Source: Monocercomonoides exilis PA203 (taxonomy: Eukaryota > Protista > Preaxostyla). Taken from it: DNA of 64,000 bases. Below, piece by piece: positions 1-11,705 of the stretch (positions within the stretch are counted from its first letter, which is position 1; each line of letters starts with the position of its first letter). The stretch covers positions 930,001 through 994,000 of the forward strand of contig LSRY02000036.1 of NCBI GenBank assembly GCA_001643675.2. Reading direction: 5' to 3'. Under the pieces are notes generated by a model. That model did no database searches. It was given only the letters and a program-made list of their open reading frames with translations, and had not been told where the DNA came from. The translations under genes and the position numbers were made by a program.

Positions 1-350
1 CTGCTCAGACATAGAAAATATTAACGTGGAAGAAGAAAAAAGAATATTTGGCTTTTTGGCATAGAAGAAAGGAAAACTGGAAGTTGTCAAAGAAATTTCA
101 TAATTATTAGTGTGAAGAAAAAAAAGGAACAATTATTACCATTAATAATGACAAACATAATTCCAGATTCTTCAATTTATTCAGACGTATGAAAGGCTTT
201 CACTTTATTGAAATCATCAGGATTCGATCATCACATTGAATGAAATAAATACAGATTTAAAATAGAAAATGGCATATGAACAAATATTTCAATAAATGTT
301 TGGAGTGAATTTCGAACATTTCTCCTTTTGGTAAAAATTCATATTTGATG
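1..350 (+). pseudogene. Decayed Merlin/ISXO2-like (IS1595 family) DDE transposase, C-terminal part, truncated by window start
   Basis: Frame 1 reads RKY*RGRRKKNIWLFGIEERKTG...EQLLPLIMTNIIPDSSIYSDV*KAFTLLKSSGFDHHIE*NKYRF...GI*TNISINVWSEF. This matches the ISXO2/Merlin pattern KRKYNRGR..WVFG..ER.TG...TLLPII...I.PGS.IYSDxWKAY..L...G..H...HTN.IE..WS. It carries at least 4 in-frame stops and has lost the third catalytic acidic residue. Confidence 0.85.
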
Positions 351-582
351 CACTGACGAGACAATCGAAGATTTTTTTCAACAAAAATAAAATCCGTGGA
401 ATTTTCTGAATTTGCGGAGGGCATGTTTTTTTATAAAGAAGTGGAAAATAAGAAAATGGGAACTCCGATCGAATTTTGTGACGAAGAATCCAAGGAATCA
501 AAAGAATCTGACGGACGTGATGATTCTTCTTTAACAGAAACAGAAGAAATACCATCTGACAGACCATCTGATAGTGATCATA

Positions 583-860
583 TGGGGTAAAATATGAGAC
601 TTCAAACTTTTTCATTGAAAAATTATGCACTTTTGATCAACTTTTTGTGTACAAAAATTTATTGAAAATGAGAACAACTTTTGAATTACGTGTGAGTTCA
701 CAAAAAGGTTTGTTATTATATCAATGATGTTTGTTTTCAGATATGAAAATAAAAATTATTATGAAATCTGGTTAAATTTAATAATGTTATAAGGTAAACA
801 ATTTTTTTATGCTTTGTGCATTAAAAGCTTGAAAGTCCATATTTTACACCATATAGATGA
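583..860 (+). repeat. Dispersed degenerate repeat, copy 1 (downstream of the transposase)
   Basis: tggggtaaaatatgagac...tgtgagttcacaaaaaggtttgt aligns by eye to ~1070-1205 and 44091-44225. aaaagcttgaaagtccatattttacaccata (~823) aligns to aaaagcttgatagtccacaatatccaccata (~1559). Confidence 0.7.
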
Positions 861-1069
861 AAAAGACATGGAATACATCCCTCTAAAAGTTAATTTTTTC
901 ACTCCTTTTTTAACACTTCAAAATTCATTATCACTTTTCAATAGCTCTATTCTTTTATATCAGACACTATTTGTTTTTATTATAAAAATGAAAATAAAAA
1001 AACCTTGAAATTATTGGGCATCTATCGCATTGACTTTTGTCGCCATAAGCTTCACTATTTTTTTCGAAT

Positions 1070-1595
1070 TGTGAAAAGTTGGAAACTTCAAGCTTCATTA
1101 TAGAAAAATAATGTTATCCGTTGAATGAATTTTTTGCGATCAAAAAATATAAACGAAATGTGTTAATTTTTTGAAATGCATATGAAGTCACAAAACGTTT
1201 TGTAATAATATTATTGTCTAAATTTTTTTGAAAAGTTCCTTATGTTAAATTTTCAAATAAAGAAAAAATTTCATATTTCGATCAAATTTCTGTTCCCACT
1301 CACGAAAATACGCAAAAATGGAAATAATAACATTGTCAAGATTTTGTTTTCATGACAGCGAATGTTTGTGAGTGGAAACATAAATTTGATCGAAATATGA
1401 ATTTTTTATTTTATTTGAAAATTAAACAAAATGAACTTTTCAAAAAAATTTAGACTAATAGATAACTGTTTTCTGAAATGAAAATCCAATTTATTTTGAA
1501 TTACAATAAATATTCAAAATAGTTATGAGTGGAATAATACATAATGCGTATCGTTCAAAAAAGCTTGATAGTCCACAATATCCACCATATGCGGA
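1070..1595 (+). repeat. Dispersed repeat, copy 2, interrupted by a hairpin element
   Basis: Collinear with 583-860 once 1216-1455 is removed, e.g. tgttttctgaaatgaaaat versus tgttttcagatatgaaaat. Confidence 0.65.
1216..1455. mobile_element. ~240-bp palindromic MITE-like element, copy A
   Basis: Imperfect inverted arms of ~88 bp: gtctaaatttttttgaaaagttc...atcaaatttctgttcccactcac (1216-1303) versus gtgagtggaaacataaatttgatcg...gaacttttcaaaaaaatttagac (1368-1455). A homologue lies at 43474-43712. Confidence 0.75.
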
Positions 1596-2045
1596 CTGGA
1601 TAATTTTTCAAGATTTTTCAAAACACTTGACAGAAAAAACTATATTTTAATCACTTCACAAATCTTTCATTATTTGCGAAATGTGGAAAAAATCTGTCAT
1701 TTGGTTTACCAAAATAATAACAGACATTTAATATCGTTCAAAGGCAATGATTAATTTTGATCAATTAAACAACTTTTTTTTTGATTTTCATTTTTTTAAA
1801 TTTCAGTATTTTTTTCTTTTTTTGGTTTGTTTGTTTGAAAATGTTTCAAGATGACAAATAAATAGAAATATAAGACAAGCATACAAAATAACCAAAATTA
1901 AAAACTTTAAAAAGATGAGAATAAACAATGTAACAATTATTGCTTATTGTTGGAATAGATATTAATTTTTGTATTGTTGAAAAATTGAAAATTCACATCA
2001 AATTATTTACAAAAATTGATGACATTCAGTGATAATTTTTTCGCA

Positions 2046-3208
2046 TTACTGTGATTTAGTCTGTTGAGGTTGCTGTTGTTGTTGATTTTGTTGTTGCGAC
2101 TGCGCAACCATTTCATCAACCTGCTTTTTAGTTCCTTCAGAAGAACTAGCTCTTAATCTTTCTTCGACTGTTCTCCAATTGACATCCTTTTTAATGTAAG
2201 TATCTACGAACTGTCCTTTATTTCCATTAAATGATTTCGGTACAACATCATTGAAGCAATTGATCTGAAAATTAGAAATAAAAAAAATATTTATAATTAT
2301 TTAATAAAACTATTTAATCATTCATAATCAACGAGCATACAATGATAACTGGCGCATATTTTGTAACTAAGCATTCGAAAGACAATAAAATTATTAAAAA
2401 ATTTTGTTTTTATAACAGAAAATAGGACACCTTTAGACATCTCATTATTATTTACCCATTCAATTACAATTTCCTCATTTTGAGGCTGCATGCAAACAGT
2501 AATCCATCCATTTTCATTTTTATGTGCATCACCAACATGTGCTGCCTCTTTCGCGAATGCGCTTCCAGTTGGGAATTTCTTTGCAAACAAAAATTGGGCC
2601 ATTGCAAACGGCTTTGTTTCTGATGCAGTATTAGCGAAGAAAAGTTCTGTAAGAACAATTGAACACCAAATATCATCAAGTTTTGCTTGCATAGCGTGAA
2701 TAGCTTGTTCATTTTTGGGTTCAGATTTCTTTAAAACTTCAAACTGACCTCGAAGTTGATTCATCGACTTAACATTATCTTTAAAATTCAATTAAAAATA
2801 AGAAAAATAATTTTCATACAATTCAAAAAAAAATATTTCTAATGATAATTGCAAACTGCGATAGTTTTGAAGCAATGTCTGAATTGAAGAATCTTCAACT
2901 GTTTGAAGTTTTTGACCTTTCAACATCTGTTCTATGACTGAACTTTGATCTTTATATTCAACGAGCTCGCTTACAACATCATTCAGATCAATTTCATTTG
3001 TAGCCGCTTGAAGTGGAAGTGAACGCATTGGAGAAATGGACCCTTTTAAAGGCATCATGGAAGGAAGCATCATAGAGCTGCATCCACAACACGAACATGA
3101 AGGATTAATTGTATTCCTTAAAGGCATTGCCATTGAAGAAAAGCCGGTGAAAGGACATATTTGACTGATTGCAACTGAAAAACAAAACACTAGTAAATTA
3201 AAAAGCAT
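2046..3208 (-). CDS. Secreted hypothetical protein (multi-exon)
   Basis: ATG at 3208 with a signal-peptide-like MLFNLLVFCFSVAIS/Q, a Cys/Met-rich pro-segment and a helical core. The last exon starts after tttcag (~2264) and ends QQQNQQQQQPQQTKSQ-TAA at 2046. Internal junctions are approximate. Confidence 0.7.
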
Positions 3209-3491
3209 TTTTTAAAAAGATTAACCAAAAAATGTTTGCTGTACAATTGTAAATAACTAGATCACATCAATAGCTACACTTTTCAACAATTTGTTTACAA
3301 ATACATTTTTTCTGACCATGGGAAAACTTCCAAAAATGGATTAATTTTATCTTGTTGATATGTGTACCAGTTTAATATGGCTATAAGCTTAAAAATCACA
3401 CAATACTCCATTTGCTAAAAGCCAAAAATGATAATGATAATTTATTATAGAATTAGATCAATCTTTGTTTATTAATCAAATAACATTAAGA

Positions 3492-5282
3492 TGCATTGCA
3501 TTATCGAACACAAAAATCCACTAAACATTACAGAAGAAGAACTTAAAAGTATTATTTTTGGTTAATGTACATTGCAATTAAGCATTATTAACAAATTGTT
3601 ACATTTTTTGCTAAAAGACATTATTTTTTTGCTACATTTGACTCATTGCAAAGATAAAGATCCAATATTAACCTACTTGATAGAGTGCTTTCAAATTACT
3701 CCTTACGATGTTTTGTTCGAAGTTGTAAACAATGATTTATTTAAAATACTAAAAAGTCTAGTTAATGTTGATAAAACTGATGGAATCGATTTAGCCCTTG
3801 CTTGCATTGAAAAGATTGCTCAAAGAGGCGCAAAAGAAGCACATGAATTCAATGTGAATGCTTTTGACCAGAAGATAGAATTGTGGGTTCTCGATTTTCT
3901 TCTTTTGATTGTTCTCAGTGAGAAGATGTCATCAGAATCTCTCATTATGGCAAGCAGAGCATGCTTTTTTATCTTGAAAAGTTGTGGACTTCGGTCAATT
4001 ACCTTGGATCCATGCACCAAAGTTTTACTGAATCAAATAAAAAAGGTTGATGTATCAACATCTGAAGTTGAGTCAATTGCGGAATCAATTTTTTCTTTAA
4101 AATGTATCGCCGAAGGAGCAAGTTTGAAGACTATTTGAATTTTGTATAAAATTTAATCATTATTTCTTTTTAATTAATACCTTAAAAATTTTAGAAGTGA
4201 GAACTTTCTTTGTTGAATACGGTGTTATTCCTGTTGCAGTTTCCCTTGTACACAGTCAGCACGTGCAAATTCGTAAACAAGCGCTTCTTTTGTTGTCAAC
4301 TCTCACGCTTTCATCAAAACAAACGCTTAATGATCTTGTTGCTAAACATAATATACTCAAGCCTCTTATTAAGATTTTGACGTCAACAGCCAGAAAATAC
4401 ATGCAAAAGGAAAAAAAGAAATCTTTGAATGAAGATAAATACCACAAAGCAAATAAAAGTAGAATGGTTACATTAAAAACAGGCTATATCGAGAACTCAG
4501 ACACAGTCAAAGAGGAAGGGACAAAAAAAGAAAACGAAAGAAAATCGAAAGAAGAAGAAGAAGAAGACAATAATGATGATAATGACGATAATAATGATAA
4601 TAATGACGAACTTGACCAGTTGATTGAACCAGCGCTTTCTCTTTGTCAATCGATGGCTATTGAGACAGGAGTGTCATCATCGTCACTTGCTCTCAACGCC
4701 CAACTGCGCCATTCATTCATCATTCTTGCCACAACATCGTCTGTGCCTGTCCGTGTGCGAGTGTCGAGCTGCGGAGTGCTCTGCGGAATAGTCGGCTCAG
4801 TCAGCGACGAAGACGTGACTGACTTGTGCAGCGACATTCTGGACACGCACGTCTCAGACATCATCAACAACATCATTTGCTCTTCGTCCAGCCACCGTCT
4901 CGTTAGAATGTTCATTCAAATCATCTCCTCTTTGCTCCGCTCACACACCCGCACTGTTTTGACACGATGTGCTTCTCAAAATGTTTCTCCAATCCAATCA
5001 GAATTGCCGACTGAAGATGGTGCATCATCATCGTCATCATCATTATCTTCAACGGTAGATGATGGATTAGCAACTTCTTCATCTCAACCGAAACAAACAT
5101 TTCCATCTTTATATTCTCGACTCTTAAAATATATTAATCAACTTGAAGGCAACGGATTTTTTGATCTTTTGCCTCTCGTCCTCAATTGGGATGATCCACC
5201 AATCAGAAGAGAAAGTCGAGATTTGTTTGAGATAGCCCAGAATGTTTTTTCAAATAATAAAAAATTCAAACAATTAATTTAA
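3492..5282 (+). CDS. ARM/HEAT-repeat protein (5' end uncertain)
   Basis: ORFs 3572-4138 and 4197-5282 join through a GTTTGA...TTTTAG intron. ARM-like repeats include FFVEYGVIPVAVSLVHSQHVQIRKQALLLLSTL and LEGNGFFDLLPLVLNWDDPPIRRES. Confidence 0.65.
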
Positions 5283-5443
5283 CTATTAATTTGTATTATA
5301 ATATATTTTCATTTTTGTGTAAGTTATTTTTTTTTACGAAATTGTTTGAGATCTTCATTTGATCAACTTGTTTATTTAATAAAATTTTTTTGATCATCCT
5401 AAACAACTTGTTGAATTTATTGCCTTTTGGTTTTTTTTTCCAA

Positions 5444-6988
5444 ATGAAAACAGGGGCAACAGGTTTAGAAGTTGCACAAACAATCCTATTTTTTATTGGA
5501 GTTTCTATCACTGCATTGAGCATCTTGTTTTCCATTGTTGGATTAATTTTGACAATATGTGCTCACAAAGCATTTTTCAACAGAATTTGGAAAGTTAGAT
5601 TATGGATTGCAATATTGTGCATTGGATTATCTGTTTGATTTTTCTCTTAGTCGGTTTTAATAATTTTTTGGGAAAAATTTTTTTAGGTTTTTTCAGTAAC
5701 CTTTTCACAATTTTCTTATGGTAATTTTTCGAAATTTTCAAGAAGAAAACTTAACTATCAAATTTCTTCTCCATTGTGGTACGGCTTATTCGTTGCGCTC
5801 GTTATTACACTTGGAGCTTTAATGAAATCATATAATAACAAGTGTGCGAATTCAAGCGAAAATTTGAAGAAAAATAATACTCTAATTTATTTCATAAATA
5901 TAGGAAACGTTGCTTTCCTTGCTTAGGACAGGAAGCATTCTCATTTCTTGTTAGCATTTTCTTCGGCATTGTGACTGCAATTTTGCAAGTTGTATTTGTC
6001 ATTCTCGATCTTTTCCACATCTTTGATTCTGTTAAGCCTGTATGATATTTCTTTTTTCATTTTAAAGACATTAAATACTTCTTTTCTGACGTTCTTTGCA
6101 CTATTTGAAAAAAATCTACGTAATTTTGTTAACCTTTTCCATCAGACTGGAGTGATTGTTTTTGAATCATGGATAGGTCTTGTGCAAAAAGGAGTTGGAA
6201 TTATTTGCGTTTTATTTGCTTTGTTATATTATGGTCTGATTCAAAATTATTTTTTAATTGAAAAATTAACAAATTACACAATTTTCTATTTTCCATTTAT
6301 TTCTAATTATTTCAGGATTGGGAGTTCGAAAATTCAAAAATTCTGTGATGAACGTGCACATGAGAAAAACGCTTACAACGCAAACAGTATTTATTTTTAT
6401 TTATTATCATTTTTAATGCAATATTCTTATGATGTGTTTTTGATTTTTATAAATCCTCTGAATGCATGGCATAAGGTCATTATGATGGTTGCGATTGTTA
6501 TTGTTGCCCTGGCCTCGCTCTGCAACACTCTTTTTCTGACGCTTGTCAGCGAACGAATTGCGGACAGGGATGTTGAGCTGCATCCAGAATACGGGAATAA
6601 CCAGGATGTGGATGAACTCCCTGGACTTAACACGATTCATGTGAGTGCGACGCTTGCAGATGATCTCCCATCGTTTATCATAATGCTCTGCCTCTTCTTC
6701 TTCACCATCCACACAGTCTTACACTTCGTTATTATTCCTGTTATCTCTTCTCTTCGATATCCAGTCACTCTTCTGAAGGACGAGCCTTCTCAGCCCTCTT
6801 CAGGCGCTTCCAGCAAGGAAAATGCACAAGAGAGGACCTCTTCATCTTCATCATCTTCATCTTCACACACAAACACTTCAGAAACAGCAGCAGCAGCAGC
6901 ATCAGCATCAGGGATGCCTCGTTCAGTTCTGGTGGAAATGAAGCCATTGGACAGCGCTGATACATCCTCTGTCAATAATGCTGTGTGA
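5444..6988 (+). CDS. Multi-pass (about 7 TM) membrane protein, multi-exon
   Basis: Successive hydrophobic helices across short exons (TILFFIGVSITALSILFSIVGLILTI; VIMMVAIVIVALASLCNTLFLTL; FIIMLCLFFFTIHTVLHFVII) and a Ser-rich C-terminal tail. Stop TGA at 6988. Confidence 0.65.
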
Positions 6989-7829
6989 TTATTCAAAAAT
7001 AAAATAAAAAATTAAATTAAATGAAATGAAATAAAAAAAAGCACTGATGTCATTTCGCTTCGTTGCTTCTCTTTTCAGTTTGTGAATAGCGATTTCTGTT
7101 TTCTTCGCCTTTTGTAAGTTAAATATGTTTTTTTTAGGTTGTAAATGTGATGTTTTTGTTCCATGTATTGGCTTTGATGAAATTTTTTTCTTTTTCTGCA
7201 AGTTAAACATTTAATGTGCTTAATAAAAATATTCTCTCGCTTTATTCAAGCGATGCAGTATTTCTGTAAGAGCCTTTTTGCACTGCTTATATTATTGGTA
7301 TCATTTTTTCTGTTCTCTATTAATCTTTTAAGTTTGATTAAGCGAGATGAGAATCTTGCTCTAATCATCATATCATTTGATCTCGTTCCTCTTTCGAATG
7401 CTTTTTTATACATTTCTACTTTCTTTTGGAGGCTTTTTCCTTATTCAAACGAGGATTCTGCCTTTCGAAGTTTACATTTGTTTAGAGAATTATTTAGCGG
7501 AACAAATTTTTAATCATATCTGCAATATTTTTTTAAGTTGATGGATTTTATTCGTGTATTATTACCTCAAATTTATTATAAATTATTTTTTTCTCCCAAT
7601 TGATTTACTGTTTTTATTTTAGTGAAGTTAAGTTGGGCAGCAATCTGCCTTTCATTTTTTCATTTTCAAATCAAAAAATTTTCTGTTCTCTTCATATCAC
7701 TTTTGATTTTCTTTGAAATCATAAAAGATGGAAAGCTGCACGCAGTAAATTTGAGCTTTACATCTTTTTCAAAACTTAAAAACTACAAACAATTTATAAT
7801 GAAACATAAATTACCAAAATCAAGAATGA

Positions 7830-8531
7830 TCAAGTTGGCAAATGCTCTAAAACTCCTTGTCTAATTAAAGGTTCTGCATCAATTTTGTTCATTGACATTT
7901 GAGAATCTTTTTGAATATCCATTGGCTTTCCAAAATGATCAATTACAGAATCCATTGTCTTCAGTGCACGGACACATACAGTGACCGATTTTGGTGGGAA
8001 AATATCATTTGTCAATTCCAAATCTCCTAATGACTCACAATACTTTACGACAATTTGACTGTATTGCCTATAAAATCGTTCTTCTTGAGAATGAAGTTTT
8101 CCCTTCAAATGCTCAGGCAAATAACCAATTTCCCATTTAACAAGTTGTATTCGTCTCATACGGTAATCACTACAATTACAGAATTATAAACAAAAATTAA
8201 AAGCTAGAGAATACATACAAATATGCTTGAAGAATTCTTCTGTTTTGTTGAATTCTTGTAAATATTATAACAAAATATGGATCAAATAATTTTCTTTCTT
8301 CTTCTTTAGCCCCCTTAAGTTGCTTAATCATTTGATTGCTCTGAAGCACTAAATCATGAAGAATTTGCTTAACTTCCTTCACATTTTGATCCTTTGAACA
8401 AAAAAAGAAAGAAATTATAAATTCCACCAATAAATCATTTCTCGACTGTTACAAACATCATATCGAGGAAGCCAAGGAACCCTTTGTAATTCCTGGAGAA
8501 GTATAACGCCAGGATGTTTTGTTTCAGACAT
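7830..8531 (-). CDS. PSF1: GINS complex subunit 1 (Psf1), 3 exons
   Basis: Motifs IQQNRRILQAYL, RIQLVKWEIG, DIFPPKSVTVCVRALK and C-terminal EPLIRQGVLEHL match GINS1/Psf1. ATG at 8531 (MSETKHPGVILLQEL). Confidence 0.92.
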
Positions 8532-8624
8532 TTTAAAATAAAAATTTGAAGATAATTAATTAAAATTTGGACAGATCAGAGCTGATCAAAAACTCTTGAT
8601 TTTTGAAAGTCTGTGACAAATTAC

Positions 8625-9343
8625 ATGTCTAGACCGAAGTATCAAGCAAACTTCGATTTTACTGCGCGCGTTGCAAATGAATTAACATTTAGGGAAGGAG
8701 ATATTATCACACTTATTGAGAAACATGAAAGTGGGATGTGGAAAGGAGAATTGGACGGCAAAATCGGACTCTTTCCTTATAATTTTGTTTCAGAACTTCA
8801 TGTCGAAGAAGAGGTATTTGACTTTATATATATTATGATGTTTTAAAATGGAAAATAATTTTTTATTTTTTTAAAAAAGACAACTCCAAAAGGTCCGCCA
8901 AAACCAATGGAAGGTTGGCTTATAAAACAAGGTAACAATGATATCATTACAAATTATACTTTAATGCAATTATTCGTCTCGTTTTTTCATGTTGAAAACT
9001 CTCATTTAGGTCATGTTGTAAAGAACTGGAAAAAGAGATGGTTTTCACTTCGAGGATCTTCTCTGTTTTATTTTGAAAAGCCAGTTTGCCGCTTGTATCT
9101 TTTTATGTTCCTTTTTACCCTTTGACTCTTTTCAAATTATTGTGAAAGACTTCACTTAAGGAAAATGGTGAAATACCATTGAAGGGGTGTCAGGTTGAAA
9201 ATGCAAGGGAAATGCCAGACAAGCCATTTTGCTTTCATATTTTTTATCCTCAAGCACCAGGACAAAGGGAGTTTTATATTTGTTCTGAGAATGCAGATCA
9301 GATGAAAGCGTGGATGGAAGCAATAACTCTTTCATCAAAATAG
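8625..9343 (+). CDS. SH3 + PH domain adaptor protein, 4 exons
   Basis: SH3: ANFDFTARVANELTFREGDII...WKGELDGKIGLFPYNFV. PH: MEGWLIKQG|HVVKNWKKRWFSL...GEIPLKGC...FCFHI...QMKAWMEAI. Stop TAG at 9343. Confidence 0.92.
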
Positions 9344-9632
9344 ATTACACTTTAATTTTAAGTATTGAATTAACAAAACGAAATAATGTCAACGTTCATT
9401 TTTATTTTAAATTTGGAATGAAATTTTTAGAAGAGCTAACTTATGTAATTTTTCTGTTTATTTCTGTTATATGTATGATGGATTGTGTTAGAAATAGTTT
9501 AACGATTTTATATGAAGCATTTCATTTGTAATTTGTAATTTTAAATATTGGAATATCCGATATTTAAAAAAACTTTTTTCGGAATATACCAACATTTTAT
9601 TTCTTGAGAGCTTTTTTTTTATTTCGAGCTAA

Positions 9633-10917
9633 ATGGATCAAGATTCAGAAGTTGTTTTGAATCGAGATGTAAAAGATTGCAAAACATTAAAATGTAGTTT
9701 AATTTGATTACTGTTCTTTTGAGAATATTACTTCCAATTAAATGTTTTTTCACTTGTTGATTTTTTTCTTCATTTTAGCGAAAGAGAAGCAAAGACAAAT
9801 ATTAAAGAATAAGCACAAAACGCATTTGAAACGGAAAAGGTTTTGAAGAAGAAATGCTTATTGAAAAGCTTACATCAATTTATTATTTTCTTTAAGAATT
9901 TCACCACAACAAAAAGACATTCCTTCCATTGAAGTTGAGAAAATAAACGGAGAAGATATATCTGTTTTAATGGACGATTTGTGCAAACTTAACAATGATT
10001 TAAACGTTATCATGAAGGATGGTATTTTTGAAAAATTTCTTTTTTTTGTGAGAAAACTTAATTTTTTCTTTCCAATAACAAATTAGCTGAAAGCGGAAAT
10101 GAATCAGAATTGTTGTCATACTTTGAGTCGGTTAATTTACAACTCGATCCAGATCTAAGAGCAGAAAAAAGGCAATTAGAAAAGGCAAAAACTGAGAATA
10201 TTGAAGAAGAAACAAAGAAAGCAGAAGAAATTGAAGATGCCAAACTGGAAAAACGAAAGAAGCGAATTATTCAAGATTCAAAAGATGCATATATTAAAAG
10301 GGTATGAAACACCTTTAATACAAAAATTTCAAAAAGCATACTCTTGTTTCAATTTAAAAAAGGCATTAACACTTTTGTATGCAAAAATGACGGAAGAACT
10401 ACTTCCATTGGAAGACGATTCAGGAGAGGAACAGACCTTGACAAGCGATGTTGAATTTGAAGATGAGAATGAGAACCAGGATCTTTTTGAAGATGAAGAA
10501 AAAGTGATGAAAAAATACAAACATGAAGACATAATGAGTGTACTGAAAGGTGGAATTGTTTCAATAGCCAAAAAAATGTCTGAAGAAGATGTGGAAATTA
10601 TTGATTCATACGAATCTGAAGACGACGATGAAAAGGAAGAAGAGGAAGAAGAGGGAAAAGAAGGCAAACAGTTAAAGGAAGATGAAGATGAAGAAGAAGA
10701 AGAGGAGGAAGAGGAAGAGGAAGAGGAAGAGGAAGAGGAAGAGGAAGAGGAAGAAGAGGAAGAAGAGGAAGAAGAGGAAGAAGAGGAAGAAGAAAAAGAA
10801 GAGATTGATGAAAACGGGAAGCATAACAAGAGTGAAGATGCAACGCAGAACCAACCAGAGTCACCTCATTTAGACAGCCAATCATTTGACTTAGAAAACG
10901 AATACGAAATAATATAA
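9633..10917 (+). CDS. Acidic poly-Glu hypothetical protein, ~5 exons
   Basis: Spliceable in frame from ATG 9633 through a coiled-coil exon (10087-10302) into ORF 10201-10917, which contains the long Glu run. Confidence 0.65.
10688..10803 (+). repeat. (GAA/GAG)n coding microsatellite, poly-Glu
   Basis: Long pure-purine gaagaggaagag tract. Confidence 0.95.
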
Positions 10918-11705
10918 CAGCTAAACATTACAAATATTTCTATTCTATCTTTTCGTTGAATAAAACATTTCATTTGCTTTCGTTTAACTCATTTTATGTT
11001 CCATTCCTCTGAAAGTTTTAAGTTTGTTTAAAAGAGTCGTATTTTATTGATGTTGAAATTCTTTAATCTTTTTTCTTTAAAACTTAATGCCAAGTCATTT
11101 TGATAATTTTTACCAGAAAGTTAAAACCAATTGACCAATTTCTCTAAAGATGAGATCTTATTCATATGAAGCGTTGAATTGGCCATGAAGTCACGATTTC
11201 ATATTGAAAAAATTATTTCGATTCCATTTCAGAATTTGTTTTCTTTTCCTTGTGAAAGAAAAACATTAACATTTAATGAATTTTTACATGGATATTTATT
11301 AAAGCATAAAAGTGGAAAAAAAGAAAAAAAAATCTCATAACAAAACAGAAGTGCAAACAAGATTATGCTCAAAGAAAAAAGCAGAAAAACCAAAATATCA
11401 CTTCGATAAACAAAATGCTCACAATTCTAAAGTTAGCAACAGATTCTGTAAATTGATACTTCTGTCAAATAAATCTGTAATCGAAGCAGTTTTACCCAAA
11501 GCTTAAAAGACAATTCAGATTGCCTGGGCAAAATGGGAAGAAAAGGCCGAAGGAAAGAGAGAACAAATAGTGACATGTTATCTTAACGCCAAGTGCCCAT
11601 GAGACACATTTAGAGTAATGACAATAGAAGATTGTGAGGAAGACATAAAAGAAAGAAGACAAGAAGATAAGAAGGCAATGCAAAGGTGAAAGTTATCTCA
11701 TTTCT

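Noticed and set aside
1-350. TGA at a conserved Trp position (SDV*KAF), suggesting TGA=Trp recoding
   Set aside because: The same frame uses TGG for Trp, other stops fall at non-Trp positions, and intact genes end in TGA, TAA and TAG. This is ordinary pseudogene decay.
396-590. Short acidic ORF
   Set aside because: It has no ATG start and is probably the frameshifted tail of the dead transposase, not a separate gene.
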